Source of the DNA: Planctomycetota bacterium | GTDB lineage: Bacteria; Planctomycetota; UBA8108; SXIK01 | Reading direction: 5' to 3' | Length of the DNA: 64,000 nucleotides | Assembly: GCA_965223845.1 (NCBI GenBank) | Contig: CBDCXR010000004.1 | Coordinates: forward strand, 7,616,001-7,680,000 | Made by a program: the position numbers and the translations under genes | In this document: piece by piece, positions 43,026 through 52,454 of the stretch | Layout: each line of letters starts with the position of its first letter | Position numbering within the stretch: the first letter of the stretch is position 1 | The notes under the pieces: generated by a model | Told to the model about the DNA's origin: nothing | Databases searched by the model: none | What the model saw: the letters and a program-made list of their open reading frames with translations, nothing else

Positions 43026-45854
43026 ATGGATTTGCGGCAGGACTCGACAAGTAAGGTTCGTTCGCGCCTCGTCGGAGGGATCGTGCTGGTGTTCGGTATC
43101 GCCTCCGGAATCGCGGCGGGCGACCTTACAGTGGAGTGGAAGGAAGATTTCGAGGACGAGGGCTGGAGCGATCGCTGGGCGGTCGATCTCGGAACCTGGC
43201 AAGTCGGCGCGCCCGCGGAGTGTGAGCCGCCCTTCGGTCCGGAGACTGGGTACGAGAGCGCGCGTTGCGCCGCGACCGTTGTCTGCGGCAACTACGACGA
43301 TTGGGTCGAAACCCGCTTCGCGCAGACGGCCTCGATCCTCGTCCCGGAGGCCGACGAGTCGCCGCGTCTCCGCTTTTGGCATTGGTACCGGTTCAGCGGC
43401 GCCGACTACGGCGAGGTGCACATTCGTCCCGACGGCGGAGAGTGGACACCTCTACCGGGAAGGTACGTGAACTGGTCGACCGTGTGGGCGCGGCGCGTGC
43501 TCGATTTGTCCGAGTTTGGTGGTCAGCGAGTGAGGATCGGATTCTTCTTCCATTCGGAGGATCAACACCGCAACGGAGTCGACGTCAATGCTGGTTGGTA
43601 CGTCGATGACGTCGAGCTCGTTACGGGCGAGGAGTCGATCGCGTTTCCCGAGGGCTTCGAGAGCGGGCTTGGAGATTGGTGGGTGACGCGGGGAGCTTGG
43701 GAAGTCGGTGCGCCGGTGTCGGGACCTGGGGCCGCGTTTTCCGGTGACTTCGTGGCGGCGACAGTGCTCGCGGGAAACTACGAAGACTGGGAAGACTCGA
43801 CTCTCCTTAGCCCCCCGCTCACCGTTCCCGCAGCCGCGGAGCATCCGCGGCTGCGCTTCGATCACTGGTATCGCCTGAGCGGAGGAGACTACGGCGAAGT
43901 CTACGTCCTGGACGAAGACGAGGAGTGGCATCTCGTCTCGGAGCGTTACATCAACTGGTCGACGGTGTGGGTTCGTCCGAGTCTCGACCTCACGGCGTTC
44001 GCCGGCCAGCGAGTTCGCGTCGGATTCTTCTTTCACTCGGAGGATCAGCACCGAAACGGCTGGGACGTCAACGCGGGCTGGTATGTCGACAACGTCGATA
44101 TCGTGACCGGCGAAGAATCGCTCGCCCAACCGGAGGGTTTTGAGGAGGGGCTGGGTGATTGGTCGGTGACGCGCGGGACATGGCAGGTCGGCGATCCCGA
44201 AGTGGGTCCCGGGCGGGCCCACACGGGTGAGTTCGCCGCCGCGACCGTGCTCGCGGGGAACTACGAGGACTGGGAAGATTCGACACTTTTGAGTCCATCG
44301 CTCACCGTTCCCGCCGCGAGCGAGCAGCCGCGACTCCGCTTCGATCACTGGTATCGCCTGAGCGGTGGTGACTACGGCGAAGTCTATGTGGTCGATACGA
44401 ACTCAGAGTGGCATCTCATCTCTGATCGCTACATCAATTGGTCGACGGTGTGGGTTCGTCCGAGTCTCGATCTGTCGGCCTTCGCGGGAGAGACCGTGCG
44501 GATCGGGTTCTTTTTTCATTCAGAGGATCAACATCGAAACGGGTGGGACGTCAACGCGGGCTGGTATGTCGACAACGTGGAAGTCGTCACCGGTGAAGAG
44601 TTGTTCGACGTTCCGGAGAGCTTCGAGAGCGGCCTCGGAGATTGGTCGGTCACGCGGGGGACCTGGGAAGTGGGAGCACCGTCTTCCGGACCGGGACAAG
44701 CGATGAGCGGAGATCTCGCCGCCGCTACGGTTCTCGCGGGAACCTACGAGGACTGGGAAGACTCGACGCTCGTCAGTCCACGGATCTCCGTCCCGGCGGC
44801 CTCGGAGAATCCCCGTCTTCGCTTCTGGCAATGGTACCGATTCTCCGGCGGTGACTACGGCGAGGTCTACGTGATCGACGAAGGCGGCGAATGGCACCTC
44901 GTCTCCGGACGCTTTCTCAACTGGTCCACCGTTTGGGTGCGACCGAATCTCGATCTCGCGTCGTTTGCCGGGCAACGCGTTCGAATCGGGTTCTTCCTTC
45001 ATACCGAGGATCAGCATCGAAACGGATGGGACGTGAACGCGGGCTGGTACATCGACGACGTCGAGGTCGAGACCGGTGACATCGCGTTCGAGAATCCAGA
45101 AGGATTCGAAGGCGGTCTCGGCGGCTGGTCGATGACGCGAGGCGCGTGGGAGGTCGGGGCGCCCACCGGCGGTCCGGGAGCCGCATTCGGAGGAGATTTC
45201 GTCGCCGCGACCGTTCTCGCCGGAAACTATGAGGATTGGGAGGATTCAACCCTTCTGAGTCCTCGCTTCGTCGTTCCTCCGTCGGCCGACAGCCCGCGCC
45301 TACGGTTTCGCCACTGGTACCGATGGAGTGGCGGCGACTACGGCGAGGTATACGTCATCGACGCGGGCGACGAGTGGCACGTCGTATCACCGACCTACTC
45401 GGGTTCTTCGGGCGACTGGACGCATCCGAGCATCGATCTCTCGGACTTCGCCGGCGAGACGGTGCGACTCGGTTTCTTTTTCCACTCCGAGGACCAGCAC
45501 CGAAACGGTTGGGATGTGAACGCCGGCTGGTACATCGACGACGTGACCATCGAGCCGATCCCGGAGCTGCCCCCGTTCCGCCGCGGCGACAGCAACGGTG
45601 ACCTGAGCACGAACGTGGCGGACCCGGTTCACATGCTCAACTGGCTCTTCGGCGGCGGAGTCACCATGCTCTGCCAGAAAGCAGCGGACGTCGATGACTC
45701 GGGCGGGGTCAATATCACCGATGCGGTTTTCCTTCTCCGCTACCTCTTCGCCGACGGACGCATGCCGGCGTTCCCGTATTCCGAGTGCGGGGACGATCCG
45801 ACTCCGGACGCGCTCAGCTGTGCGCTCTCTCCGCATTGCAGTCCGGTGAACTGA
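43026..45854 (+). CDS. Secreted protein with five tandem MAM/immune-inhibitor-A-like beta-sandwich repeats and a C-terminal dockerin-like domain
   Basis: Signal peptide, repeated E.FE.GLG.W...WEVG.P...LLSP...LRF.HWY...DYGEV...W....DLS.FAG..VRIGF.F....GWY.DDV, then FRRGDSNGD. Confidence 0.88.
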   Translation: MDLRQDSTSKVRSRLVGGIVLVFGIASGIAAGDLTVEWKEDFEDEGWSDRWAVDLGTWQVGAPAECEPPFGPETGYESARCAATVVCGNYDDWVETRFAQTASILVPEADESPRLRFWHWYRFSGADYGEVHIRPDGGEWTPLPGRYVNWSTVWARRVLDLSEFGGQRVRIGFFFHSEDQHRNGVDVNAGWYVDDVELVTGEESIAFPEGFESGLGDWWVTRGAWEVGAPVSGPGAAFSGDFVAATVLAGNYEDWEDSTLLSPPLTVPAAAEHPRLRFDHWYRLSGGDYGEVYVLDEDEEWHLVSERYINWSTVWVRPSLDLTAFAGQRVRVGFFFHSEDQHRNGWDVNAGWYVDNVDIVTGEESLAQPEGFEEGLGDWSVTRGTWQVGDPEVGPGRAHTGEFAAATVLAGNYEDWEDSTLLSPSLTVPAASEQPRLRFDHWYRLSGGDYGEVYVVDTNSEWHLISDRYINWSTVWVRPSLDLSAFAGETVRIGFFFHSEDQHRNGWDVNAGWYVDNVEVVTGEELFDVPESFESGLGDWSVTRGTWEVGAPSSGPGQAMSGDLAAATVLAGTYEDWEDSTLVSPRISVPAASENPRLRFWQWYRFSGGDYGEVYVIDEGGEWHLVSGRFLNWSTVWVRPNLDLASFAGQRVRIGFFLHTEDQHRNGWDVNAGWYIDDVEVETGDIAFENPEGFEGGLGGWSMTRGAWEVGAPTGGPGAAFGGDFVAATVLAGNYEDWEDSTLLSPRFVVPPSADSPRLRFRHWYRWSGGDYGEVYVIDAGDEWHVVSPTYSGSSGDWTHPSIDLSDFAGETVRLGFFFHSEDQHRNGWDVNAGWYIDDVTIEPIPELPPFRRGDSNGDLSTNVADPVHMLNWLFGGGVTMLCQKAADVDDSGGVNITDAVFLLRYLFADGRMPAFPYSECGDDPTPDALSCALSPHCSPVN
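43143..45560 (+). repeat. Intragenic tandem repeat, 5 copies, 483-bp (161-aa) period
   Basis: Unit starts at 43143, 43650, 44133, 44616 and 45099. The last three intervals are exactly 483 bp. Confidence 0.9.
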
Positions 45855-46035
45855 GACGTCCTTTGCGTCCAGGGATTCTCGAGCGAAGAGATTCACACGA
45901 AGAGTTCGGGAAGGGCGCGAAGGAAGACGAAGAAGAGAGGTGTGGAGGCGCGGGAGCTCGAGGTGCGAGATCGCTCGAAGCCCGCGTCGATCGCGCTGAC
46001 TGTTCGACGCAGTGTTCGATTCGCCGGCTAGTTCG

Positions 46036-46230
46036 ATGATCGGTCTTTCCCACATCTTCAGCCTCGTGAGCTTCGTCGCCTTCACCAGCGCCGGATGGAT
46101 TCTCGGCGGTGGGTGGGGCGCCGCGCTCGGAGTCGTCTGCTCCGCGGTCTTGGTCGGCATTCCGGTCACCCTCTACGAGGAGCGCTGCGAGCGGAAGCGG
46201 CGCGAGGATGCGGAGTCGCGTTCGCCTTAG
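46036..46230 (+). CDS. Small membrane protein (~64 aa)
   Basis: Two hydrophobic Gly-rich segments and a charged tail. No recognisable family. Confidence 0.45.
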   Translation: MIGLSHIFSLVSFVAFTSAGWILGGGWGAALGVVCSAVLVGIPVTLYEERCERKRREDAESRSP

Positions 46231-46288
46231 ACCGCGGGGGTCGACCGACTCTCACTCCGCGAGCAGCACTTCCGACGAAAGATCGCGG

Positions 46289-47956
46289 CTACAGCGTGGG
46301 GCGCTTCGCGAATTCCCGAACGAGAATCCGTGCGCGCTTGCCGAGGAGGCTTCCGACCTCTTGCTCCTCGTCGATCACCGCGCTAGCCCCGGCGGGCTCG
46401 AGGAGCCCGGCGTGTCGGTGGTAGCGCGAGCGGACGACGATCGGAACGTCCGGAGCCTGGCTCCGGATTGCTCGGACGGTCTTCTCCGCGGTCCGCGGGT
46501 CCGGGAGCGCCACGACGACGACTGCGGCCGACGCCACGTGGAGGTGCTCGAGGACTTCCGGATGAGATGCATCGCCGACGTGTGGCTCGAAACCGTCCGA
46601 TCCCGCCTTCCTCGCGAGCGATGGATTGAGATCGAGAACGGAGATCGGGAGTGACGCACGACCGATGACCTCGGTGCATTTCTGACCGGCTGGTCCGTAA
46701 CCGATGAGGACGACGTGACCAGACGTGAGCTCCCGTTCATTCTCGTCGATCCCGACAGGCGAGCGTACGATTCCCAGCTTGGCGCACGGCCGAAGAATCT
46801 GCACGGCGAGCGGGGTAGCTCCCGCGATGAGATACGGAGTCACGCAGAGCGTCACCATCATCGTCGAGACGATGACCATGAAGAGGTCGTCGTCGATGAG
46901 AGTTCCGCGAGACGTCTCCGCGATGACGAACGCGAACTCCCCGACCTGAGCGAGACAGAGCCCAGCCGCGAGCGAGGATCTCGCGCCTCGGCGCACGGCG
47001 CGAAGCGCGACGAAGCAGACGAGCGTTTTCACGGCGATCACGCCCAGCGCGACGGTGAGCGTGACGCCGATGTTGTCGACGATCCACGCCGGGTTGGCGA
47101 GCATTCCGATGGAACTGAAGAACACCGTCACGAGGAGGGTTCGCAAGACCGAGAGGTCGGCTCGAACCTGAGTCGCGAACGGAGACTCGCCGAGGAGCAT
47201 TCCGGCGATGAACGCCCCGACGGCCGGCGACAAGCCGAGCTCGTGCGCCGCGTAGATGGAGCTGAGAGCGCCGACGACCGCGAAGAGCACCGGGAGCTCG
47301 CGGTTTTGGAGGGACGATGTCGCGAGGAGCACCTTCGGTACGACGAAGTTGAAGACCAGGTAGAAACTGACGACGAGGACGACGAGCATCAGTCCCGTGC
47401 GACCGAGACTCGCGAGTGAAGATGCGTCTTCCGAGCTGGGGGTGCCGAGAAACCCAGTGAGAAGAACGAGAGGGATCACTGCGAGGTCTTGGAAGAGGAG
47501 GATTCCGAGAGCGAAACGACCGTGCACGCTGTCGATCTCCGAGCGCGCCATGAGAACGCGGAGAACTCCCGCCGTGCTGCTCAGAGCGAACGCGGATCCG
47601 AGGACGATCGCCGTGCGCCAGGAGAGCCCCACGAAGAATCCGATCGCCGCCACCGCCGCGAGGGTCAGCCCGACCTGAAGCGCACCTCCCCCGAGTGCGG
47701 TCCACCCGAGAGAGCGCAGGCGGCGCCAGGAGAACTCGAGGCCGAGCGAGAAGAGAAGGAGGCACACGCCGACCTCGGCGAGTCCGTCGACTTCGTTACC
47801 GGTCGATACGACGTCGAGCGCGTTCGGACCGAGAAGCATCCCGGCGAGCAAGTAGCCGAGAAGCGAACTCTGTCGGAGTCGCTCGCACAGCGCGCCGAGA
47901 ACGAACGCGACTCCGAGGAGTGTGCCGACGTCGAAGAGGATTGCCCAGAAGTCCAT
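46289..47956 (-). CDS. CPA2-family cation:proton antiporter with TrkA-N (KTN) domain (KefB/KefC-like)
   Basis: GYLLAGMLLGP, LLLFSLGLEFS, ALSSTA, GILLFQDL, LAQVGEFAFV, and C-terminal GYGPAG and GDAS motifs. Confidence 0.93.
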   Translation of the reverse strand: MDFWAILFDVGTLLGVAFVLGALCERLRQSSLLGYLLAGMLLGPNALDVVSTGNEVDGLAEVGVCLLLFSLGLEFSWRRLRSLGWTALGGGALQVGLTLAAVAAIGFFVGLSWRTAIVLGSAFALSSTAGVLRVLMARSEIDSVHGRFALGILLFQDLAVIPLVLLTGFLGTPSSEDASSLASLGRTGLMLVVLVVSFYLVFNFVVPKVLLATSSLQNRELPVLFAVVGALSSIYAAHELGLSPAVGAFIAGMLLGESPFATQVRADLSVLRTLLVTVFFSSIGMLANPAWIVDNIGVTLTVALGVIAVKTLVCFVALRAVRRGARSSLAAGLCLAQVGEFAFVIAETSRGTLIDDDLFMVIVSTMMVTLCVTPYLIAGATPLAVQILRPCAKLGIVRSPVGIDENERELTSGHVVLIGYGPAGQKCTEVIGRASLPISVLDLNPSLARKAGSDGFEPHVGDASHPEVLEHLHVASAAVVVVALPDPRTAEKTVRAIRSQAPDVPIVVRSRYHRHAGLLEPAGASAVIDEEQEVGSLLGKRARILVREFAKRPTL

Positions 47957-48310
47957 CGATGAAGCTGCCTCGCATTCGCGGTGGGCTCTCTGCGCTCGTA
48001 GCGTCGTCTCGACGGCGACTCGGTGTCAAGAGTCTCTCGCGCGAACCGTCCCGAGAGAACGAATCCGGCGATCAGTGGAGCCAGGCCTCATCAAGATTCG
48101 GATCGATCGGGCGGAATCTGATCGCAGGGGCCGATAGGATGTCTTTCGGCTTCTCTCTGAACGTACACGCGGTTTGCGGGGCAGCCTTCGATCCGTGACC
48201 GAGCCCCACCCGACCACGACGCGGGAACCCTTCGACGACCGAGTCGATCCTCGGCTCACGCGGCCGATCGAAGACGCGGCCGGACCCCTGAGCCGGATCT
48301 TCTGGGGTGG

Positions 48311-48850
48311 GTGGTCTGCTTTCTCGCGATCGGCCTGAGCGGGATCGACGCCGTCGGAGTAGCGGTGCTCACGTCGGGCGTCGTGCGGCTTATCGGATTC
48401 GCCGATACGCCGCGCTATAAGACTCCGATGCGCGCGGTCGCACTCGTTTGCGGCCTATCGTTCCTCGAAGCCGTCCGGGTCCAGTGGGGTTTCCCGGGGA
48501 GCGCGTTTCATCCGATCTCTTTGGCGGTCGCTGCCGCCGAGATCGCAGCCGTCTTCGTGTTCATCCGCTGCATGAGGCTCCTCTCGACATGGCACGGCCT
48601 CGGCGAAGTCGCGCGAAGCTGGAGATGGACCGAGAGGCTGTGGCTCTGGATCTATCTGGTCCCGGGCGGAGTCTTCGGCCTCTTCTCGTTGAGGGAAATC
48701 GTCGCGAGCGACCAGGTTGAAGTTCCCGCGTTTTCGTTCGAGATCAGAATGCTGGTCATGGTCGCGCTGGTTCCGCTCGCGCTCACCCCGGCCATTTATC
48801 TCTTCGTATCCCGGTCGCTGATGGAGGAAGCGGCGCGAGATCGACGCTGA
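48311..48850 (+). CDS. Multi-pass membrane protein; N-terminus possibly frameshifted (from GTG 48195)
   Basis: About five hydrophobic segments. The upstream frame 48195-48310 ends '...LSRIFWGG' and joins it by a one-base shift. Confidence 0.6.
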   Translation: MVCFLAIGLSGIDAVGVAVLTSGVVRLIGFADTPRYKTPMRAVALVCGLSFLEAVRVQWGFPGSAFHPISLAVAAAEIAAVFVFIRCMRLLSTWHGLGEVARSWRWTERLWLWIYLVPGGVFGLFSLREIVASDQVEVPAFSFEIRMLVMVALVPLALTPAIYLFVSRSLMEEAARDRR

Positions 48851-48892
48851 ACCGGCGAGCCTCGAGAATCCGTCGCTAGAGACGCGCTCGCG

Positions 48893-51301
48893 CTATTCCC
48901 CTCGCAGCCGCCCGTTCCCTGGCTGCGCCGGGATCCTCACGCGGACCACTCCATCGCCCTCGGGTCGAATCGTGATCCGCTCGTGGCCCTTCGGGATCAG
49001 TACGTCGAGCAGGATCTCTTCTTCGCGCACTCCACTGAGCTCGAACGCTCCGTTCGCGTCCGACCGGTAGGTCGCACTCTTCGCGTTCGATCGAGACCCG
49101 TCGGAGACTCTGACGAGCGCGTTCGAGAGCGGCTCTCCGTGATCAGTGACAAGTTCGACCCGAACCGCGCGGAGGCCCTTCGTGGGAAAGGCGCGGATCA
49201 CGAGATCATCCGCCGGCAACGAAATCTCGAGGAGTCCACCTTCGAGCCGCGTCGACTCGAACGTCATACGAGCGGGGGTCGAGACTCTCTTTCGCCCCGA
49301 GACACGGAGGGTGACAACGTCCGCTCCGGTTCGAGCGGAGAATCGCCCGAACCGATCGGTCCAAATGTGAGACGTCTCGTCGTCGCTGATGAGTAAGAGC
49401 TCGATCTGCGGAATCGGTTCGTCACTTCCGTCGAGAACAATTCCCGCGGCGATCCTGGCCGGTGAGAGCTCGACGGTCGTTTCCGTAGCACCGTCGTGAG
49501 CCACAGTATCGAACGGGAGAAACTCGGGAGGTGCGCGCACGCGAAGGCCGCGTCTCCCGGGCGGAAGGAATCGAAAGTGTGCGCTCCCACTCGGGTCGGT
49601 GCGACTTCGGATCCTATCGCCCGGCTCGGTCGTCAGCTCGACGCTGGCCCCGAGGATCGGATCACCGTTCGACTTCGTGACGAGAACACGGAACGAACGT
49701 TCAAATTCGGGCTCGAGTACGAGGCCGTGAACATCTGAATCCATGACGACGATCGAGCGTCGGAGCGTCGGAGCGCCGTCTAACTGAAGGAAAGCCTCGT
49801 AGCGTCCGGGCGATACGAACGGGAAGCGAAACTGGCCTCGAGAATCGATGCGACAAGTCTCGATACCGCTGTGCGCGTTCGCTGAGCGCGACGGCCGTGC
49901 ACCGCTGTTCGATCGAGAGTCTCCGCCATTCGCACGACCCCTGAGAGTGAGCATTCGCCCTTCGAGAGGCCGTCCATCTCGATCGTGGGCCGATCCGCTC
50001 ACGACGAAGCCTCGAGGCAAAACAACGGTGGGTAGAGAGACGCGGTCGACGCCTTCCGGGGGAGGGTCGAACGTCACGACGGCTAGTCCCGAATCCTTCG
50101 CCGCGATCGAGATCGTGTAGGACGCATCGCGACGAAGATCGCGAATCTGGAACCTGCCGTCTTCGTCCGTGAGGGTGCTTCCGTAGGCGATCTTATCGAT
50201 TTCCGGTGTCCATCGTCTGCCGATCGCGGAGACGTTGGCTCCGCGTGCCGGCTCGCCGCCCGAGAGTTCGACATCGCCGACGACGACGAACGCGGGCGCG
50301 AGCTCGAAGTCGATTTCGTCGCGGTCTCCGACCAGAGCCTCGGATCGACCGAACCCAGAAGCGACGACGTGCAGCTCCCGCACGCCGTCGCCCGTCCAAC
50401 CGAGGTAGTGAAAACGACCGGACGCGTCGGTGCGAACGGCGCGAGCCAGCGTCCACCCGGCACCGACGCTCGCGCCCGCGATCGGAACTCCCGTTTCGGC
50501 GCACGTAACTCTACCGCGGATCGACTCGCCGGACGCGAGTACGACTGTGAGCCGGGTCTCGCCCGGTTTCTCGAGGGCGTTTTCTATATAGGGAGGGCCG
50601 GCCAGCGTCTCGTGCTCCGCGGCGAGGATGAACGGCCCGGTGGCGAGTGCGCCGAATACGAACGCGCCCTGCTCGTTCGTCGTCCCAACCCGAAAGTCAA
50701 AGGGTGTCGCGAGCTCGTTCGTCCGCCAGAAGCGAAGCGCCACACCCGGAACGGCGCGCCCGCCTTCGTCCTTCGCGACCACTCGGAGCGAGGCAGTGCG
50801 CTCGAGGATCAAGGTGGTTTCGGATTCGGCCGTGCAGCCGGAGGCGGTCGCCGAGACGTATCCGGCATGATTCGCCCGGAGATCGTAGGACTCGCGAGCA
50901 TCGACCTCAAACGCGAACTCGCCGCGGGCGCCGGAGCGTGTCGTGGCGATGTCGCTGCGTCGGCGGAGATCGGTGCCGAGGGTAGGAACTCGCGGAGCGT
51001 CGTTGCGACTCAGCACGACGGTAGCGTCGACGGCAGGCGCTCCGGATTCCTCGAGAACGAGACCGGAGAGCTCGGATCGATAGGGTGGAGTGGACTCGGA
51101 TTCTTCGCGGAGCGCGATCCGTCGCGCCGCCGCGAGGCGAGTCACGTTAGAGTCGGACGGAACCGCGCGATCGCGTAAGCTCCGTCGATCCGTCGCCGCC
51201 GACGACGGACTCGAACCCGTCGATCGCAATGCGAGGGCGAGGAAAACGGCCAGCAGAGTCAGGGCGACGATCGCACTCTGCACGCTAGATCGAATTCTCA
51301 T
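48893..51301 (-). CDS. Membrane-anchored protein with multiple carboxypeptidase-regulatory/CnaB-like (Ig-like) repeats
   Basis: N-terminal TM and repeated 'G.V.D..G.P..GA.V...T(D/N)..G.F.F..L..G.Y' units. The start overlaps the upstream stop (ATGA at 51298-51301). Confidence 0.85.
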   Translation of the reverse strand: MRIRSSVQSAIVALTLLAVFLALALRSTGSSPSSAATDRRSLRDRAVPSDSNVTRLAAARRIALREESESTPPYRSELSGLVLEESGAPAVDATVVLSRNDAPRVPTLGTDLRRRSDIATTRSGARGEFAFEVDARESYDLRANHAGYVSATASGCTAESETTLILERTASLRVVAKDEGGRAVPGVALRFWRTNELATPFDFRVGTTNEQGAFVFGALATGPFILAAEHETLAGPPYIENALEKPGETRLTVVLASGESIRGRVTCAETGVPIAGASVGAGWTLARAVRTDASGRFHYLGWTGDGVRELHVVASGFGRSEALVGDRDEIDFELAPAFVVVGDVELSGGEPARGANVSAIGRRWTPEIDKIAYGSTLTDEDGRFQIRDLRRDASYTISIAAKDSGLAVVTFDPPPEGVDRVSLPTVVLPRGFVVSGSAHDRDGRPLEGRMLTLRGRANGGDSRSNSGARPSRSANAHSGIETCRIDSRGQFRFPFVSPGRYEAFLQLDGAPTLRRSIVVMDSDVHGLVLEPEFERSFRVLVTKSNGDPILGASVELTTEPGDRIRSRTDPSGSAHFRFLPPGRRGLRVRAPPEFLPFDTVAHDGATETTVELSPARIAAGIVLDGSDEPIPQIELLLISDDETSHIWTDRFGRFSARTGADVVTLRVSGRKRVSTPARMTFESTRLEGGLLEISLPADDLVIRAFPTKGLRAVRVELVTDHGEPLSNALVRVSDGSRSNAKSATYRSDANGAFELSGVREEEILLDVLIPKGHERITIRPEGDGVVRVRIPAQPGNGRLRGE

Positions 51302-51684
51302 GCATCACGACCAAGCGCTTCGACGATCGAGTCGATGCTGCAGTACGCGGTTTCACCAACGAGGATCACTGGAGCCATCGCGTGGGATTGAAACCCGATG
51401 CTCTCTTCCAACTGGAAGAGTCTCCGGACGACGGAGGGCTCAGTGACATCGAGCCATACCACTTCCTCCGGCGAGTACCCGTGCCGCGCGAGGAGGAGAT
51501 CGAGGAACTCGGTCTTGATCAATTCGCAATCGGGGCAATGCGGATCAAAAAAGAAGAGAATTTCGACGTCTCGTCCATCTTCTTCGGTGGCTCCGGTGGG
51601 TCGCGACTGATCTTGGCAACCCGACAAGCAGCTGGCCACGAGCAGCGCGCCGACGACGGAGTAGCGTTCGCGAGTCGCCATCAT
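51298..51684 (-). CDS. Thioredoxin/glutaredoxin-like lipoprotein (CPDC)
   Basis: Lipobox LSGC, ILFFFDPHCPDC and cis-Pro-type 'MAPVILVG'. The start is coupled to the upstream stop (TAATG). Confidence 0.8.
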   Translation of the reverse strand: MMATRERYSVVGALLVASCLSGCQDQSRPTGATEEDGRDVEILFFFDPHCPDCELIKTEFLDLLLARHGYSPEEVVWLDVTEPSVVRRLFQLEESIGFQSHAMAPVILVGETAYCSIDSIVEALGRDA

Positions 51685-52454
51685 TACAAGGTCCGAACGA
51701 AGAGGAGCGCCGTGGCTTTTTCTGACTGTGCGGACTGAGGACCGCGCGAATGTCGAAACTCGAGCCGCAATTGTTCGTCGGACCACGATTCCTCAGGAAG
51801 CTCGAAGCTAAGGGTGACCCGCGCTTGTCGAGCGAATCCGTTCGGACGCCAGCCACGCGGAGTCCATTCGCCGATGGCATCGACGCGAAGCCGACTCGAC
51901 CGCGGCACGATCGAGGTCGACCAGAGCTCCGATCGATCGACGTCTTGCGCGGAGACGAACTCGGTCACGGTGAACGTCTTCCGAATCGTGTTCTCTCCGT
52001 CCGCTTCGTGCTCGGCGATCGACCAGATCGCAGGCGCGAGGCGAACTGAATATTCCGAGACGAAGAATGCGCGAGTTTTCAAGACCAACGGGGGCTCGAG
52101 ATCGTCGGCGAACCGCACCGCGACGGTGGCTTCTCTCGAGCCCGTAACCAATCGCGCATCCAAGGACACGCGAATTCGGCTCGTCCCGCCGGGGCGGAGT
52201 ATGCGAGGTTCGACTTCCGCCGAAAGACAGGTGCACGACTGTCGAACTTCATCGATCTCCAGAACTCTGGAGCCACGATTCTCAATCTCGAAGACGTGGT
52301 CCAGTCCTTCGCCGTTCCGCTCTACGGCCCCAAAATCGTGGAGCGTTCCGCCCACGACGAAGAGGTCGTCTTCACTCGTGCCGGCATTCGGGTCGCACCC
52401 CGCAGCGACGGCTGCGGCCACCGCGACGCAGCAGATTCGTGTCAACGCTTCCAT
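51684..52454 (-). CDS. DUF1573-domain (Ig-like) lipoprotein
   Basis: Lipobox AAGC and the DUF1573 signature HDFGAV...HVFEIENRG...LEI.EV..SCTCL......L.PG. Confidence 0.85.
   Translation of the reverse strand: MEALTRICCVAVAAAVAAGCDPNAGTSEDDLFVVGGTLHDFGAVERNGEGLDHVFEIENRGSRVLEIDEVRQSCTCLSAEVEPRILRPGGTSRIRVSLDARLVTGSREATVAVRFADDLEPPLVLKTRAFFVSEYSVRLAPAIWSIAEHEADGENTIRKTFTVTEFVSAQDVDRSELWSTSIVPRSSRLRVDAIGEWTPRGWRPNGFARQARVTLSFELPEESWSDEQLRLEFRHSRGPQSAQSEKATALLFVRTL

Noticed and set aside
43143-45560. Regularly spaced DNA repeats considered as CRISPR or a DGR template
   Set aside because: The 483-bp in-frame coding period differs mostly at synonymous sites. There are no spacers, cas genes or reverse transcriptase, and no adenine-specific variation.
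52268-52276. TGGAGCCAC match to the tRNA-Thr 3' end as a possible att site
   Set aside because: Only 9 bp and inside a coding gene, so expected by chance.
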